Of a DNA stretch of 64,000 nucleotides, positions 64,000 through 64,000 are shown piece after piece. How positions within the stretch are numbered: the stretch's first letter is position 1; each line of letters opens with the position of its first letter. The DNA comes from an uncultured Ohtaekwangia sp. (GTDB lineage: Bacteria > Bacteroidota > Bacteroidia > Cytophagales > Cyclobacteriaceae). The stretch covers positions 537 through 64,536 of the forward strand of contig CAYTBO010000003.1 of assembly GCA_964436055.1 (NCBI GenBank), given 5' to 3'. A program made the translations under genes and the position numbers. A model generated the notes under the pieces. The model did no database searches, was not told the origin of the DNA, and worked only from the letters and a program-made list of their open reading frames with translations.

Positions 64000-64000
64000 G

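Overview
About 64 kb of chromosome from a Bacteroidota bacterium, probably Cytophagales-like. This is inferred from repeated TTTG-N19-21-TAnnTTTG promoters, A-rich translation starts without Shine-Dalgarno sites, a long NusB and the nusB-ytxH-DUF1573-yajC-YbbR-coaE block. It holds roughly 52 CDS, mostly housekeeping, envelope and transport genes (dacB, nagZ, hutG, hutF, two VPS10/BNR paralogs, MoxR, TonB receptor plus lipoprotein, PNP, tpx, thiolase, truA, two ABC half-exporters, leucine dehydrogenase, RND efflux, scpA, dxs, pyrC) and one tRNA-His. No prophage, IS transposase, integrase or CRISPR array was seen. The most notable signals are small. (1) hutG has no stop codon and reads through a GC-rich branched palindrome into an intact-looking DUF559 endonuclease, whose 3' end holds the hutF start. 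(2) Four other short palindromic REP-like elements each occur once in intergenic gaps. (3) Three deletion scars missed by the ORF track: a PemK/MazF toxin, a creatininase chimera and an amidohydrolase. (4) A SusD-less TonB receptor and surface lipoprotein whose promoters carry 11-bp-phased TAAC boxes in the same register, resembling OmpR/PhoB sites. (5) A HEPN-MNT pair and two convergent ABC half-transporters with complementary degenerate ATP sites. All family assignments come from motif recognition by eye; no database search was run.
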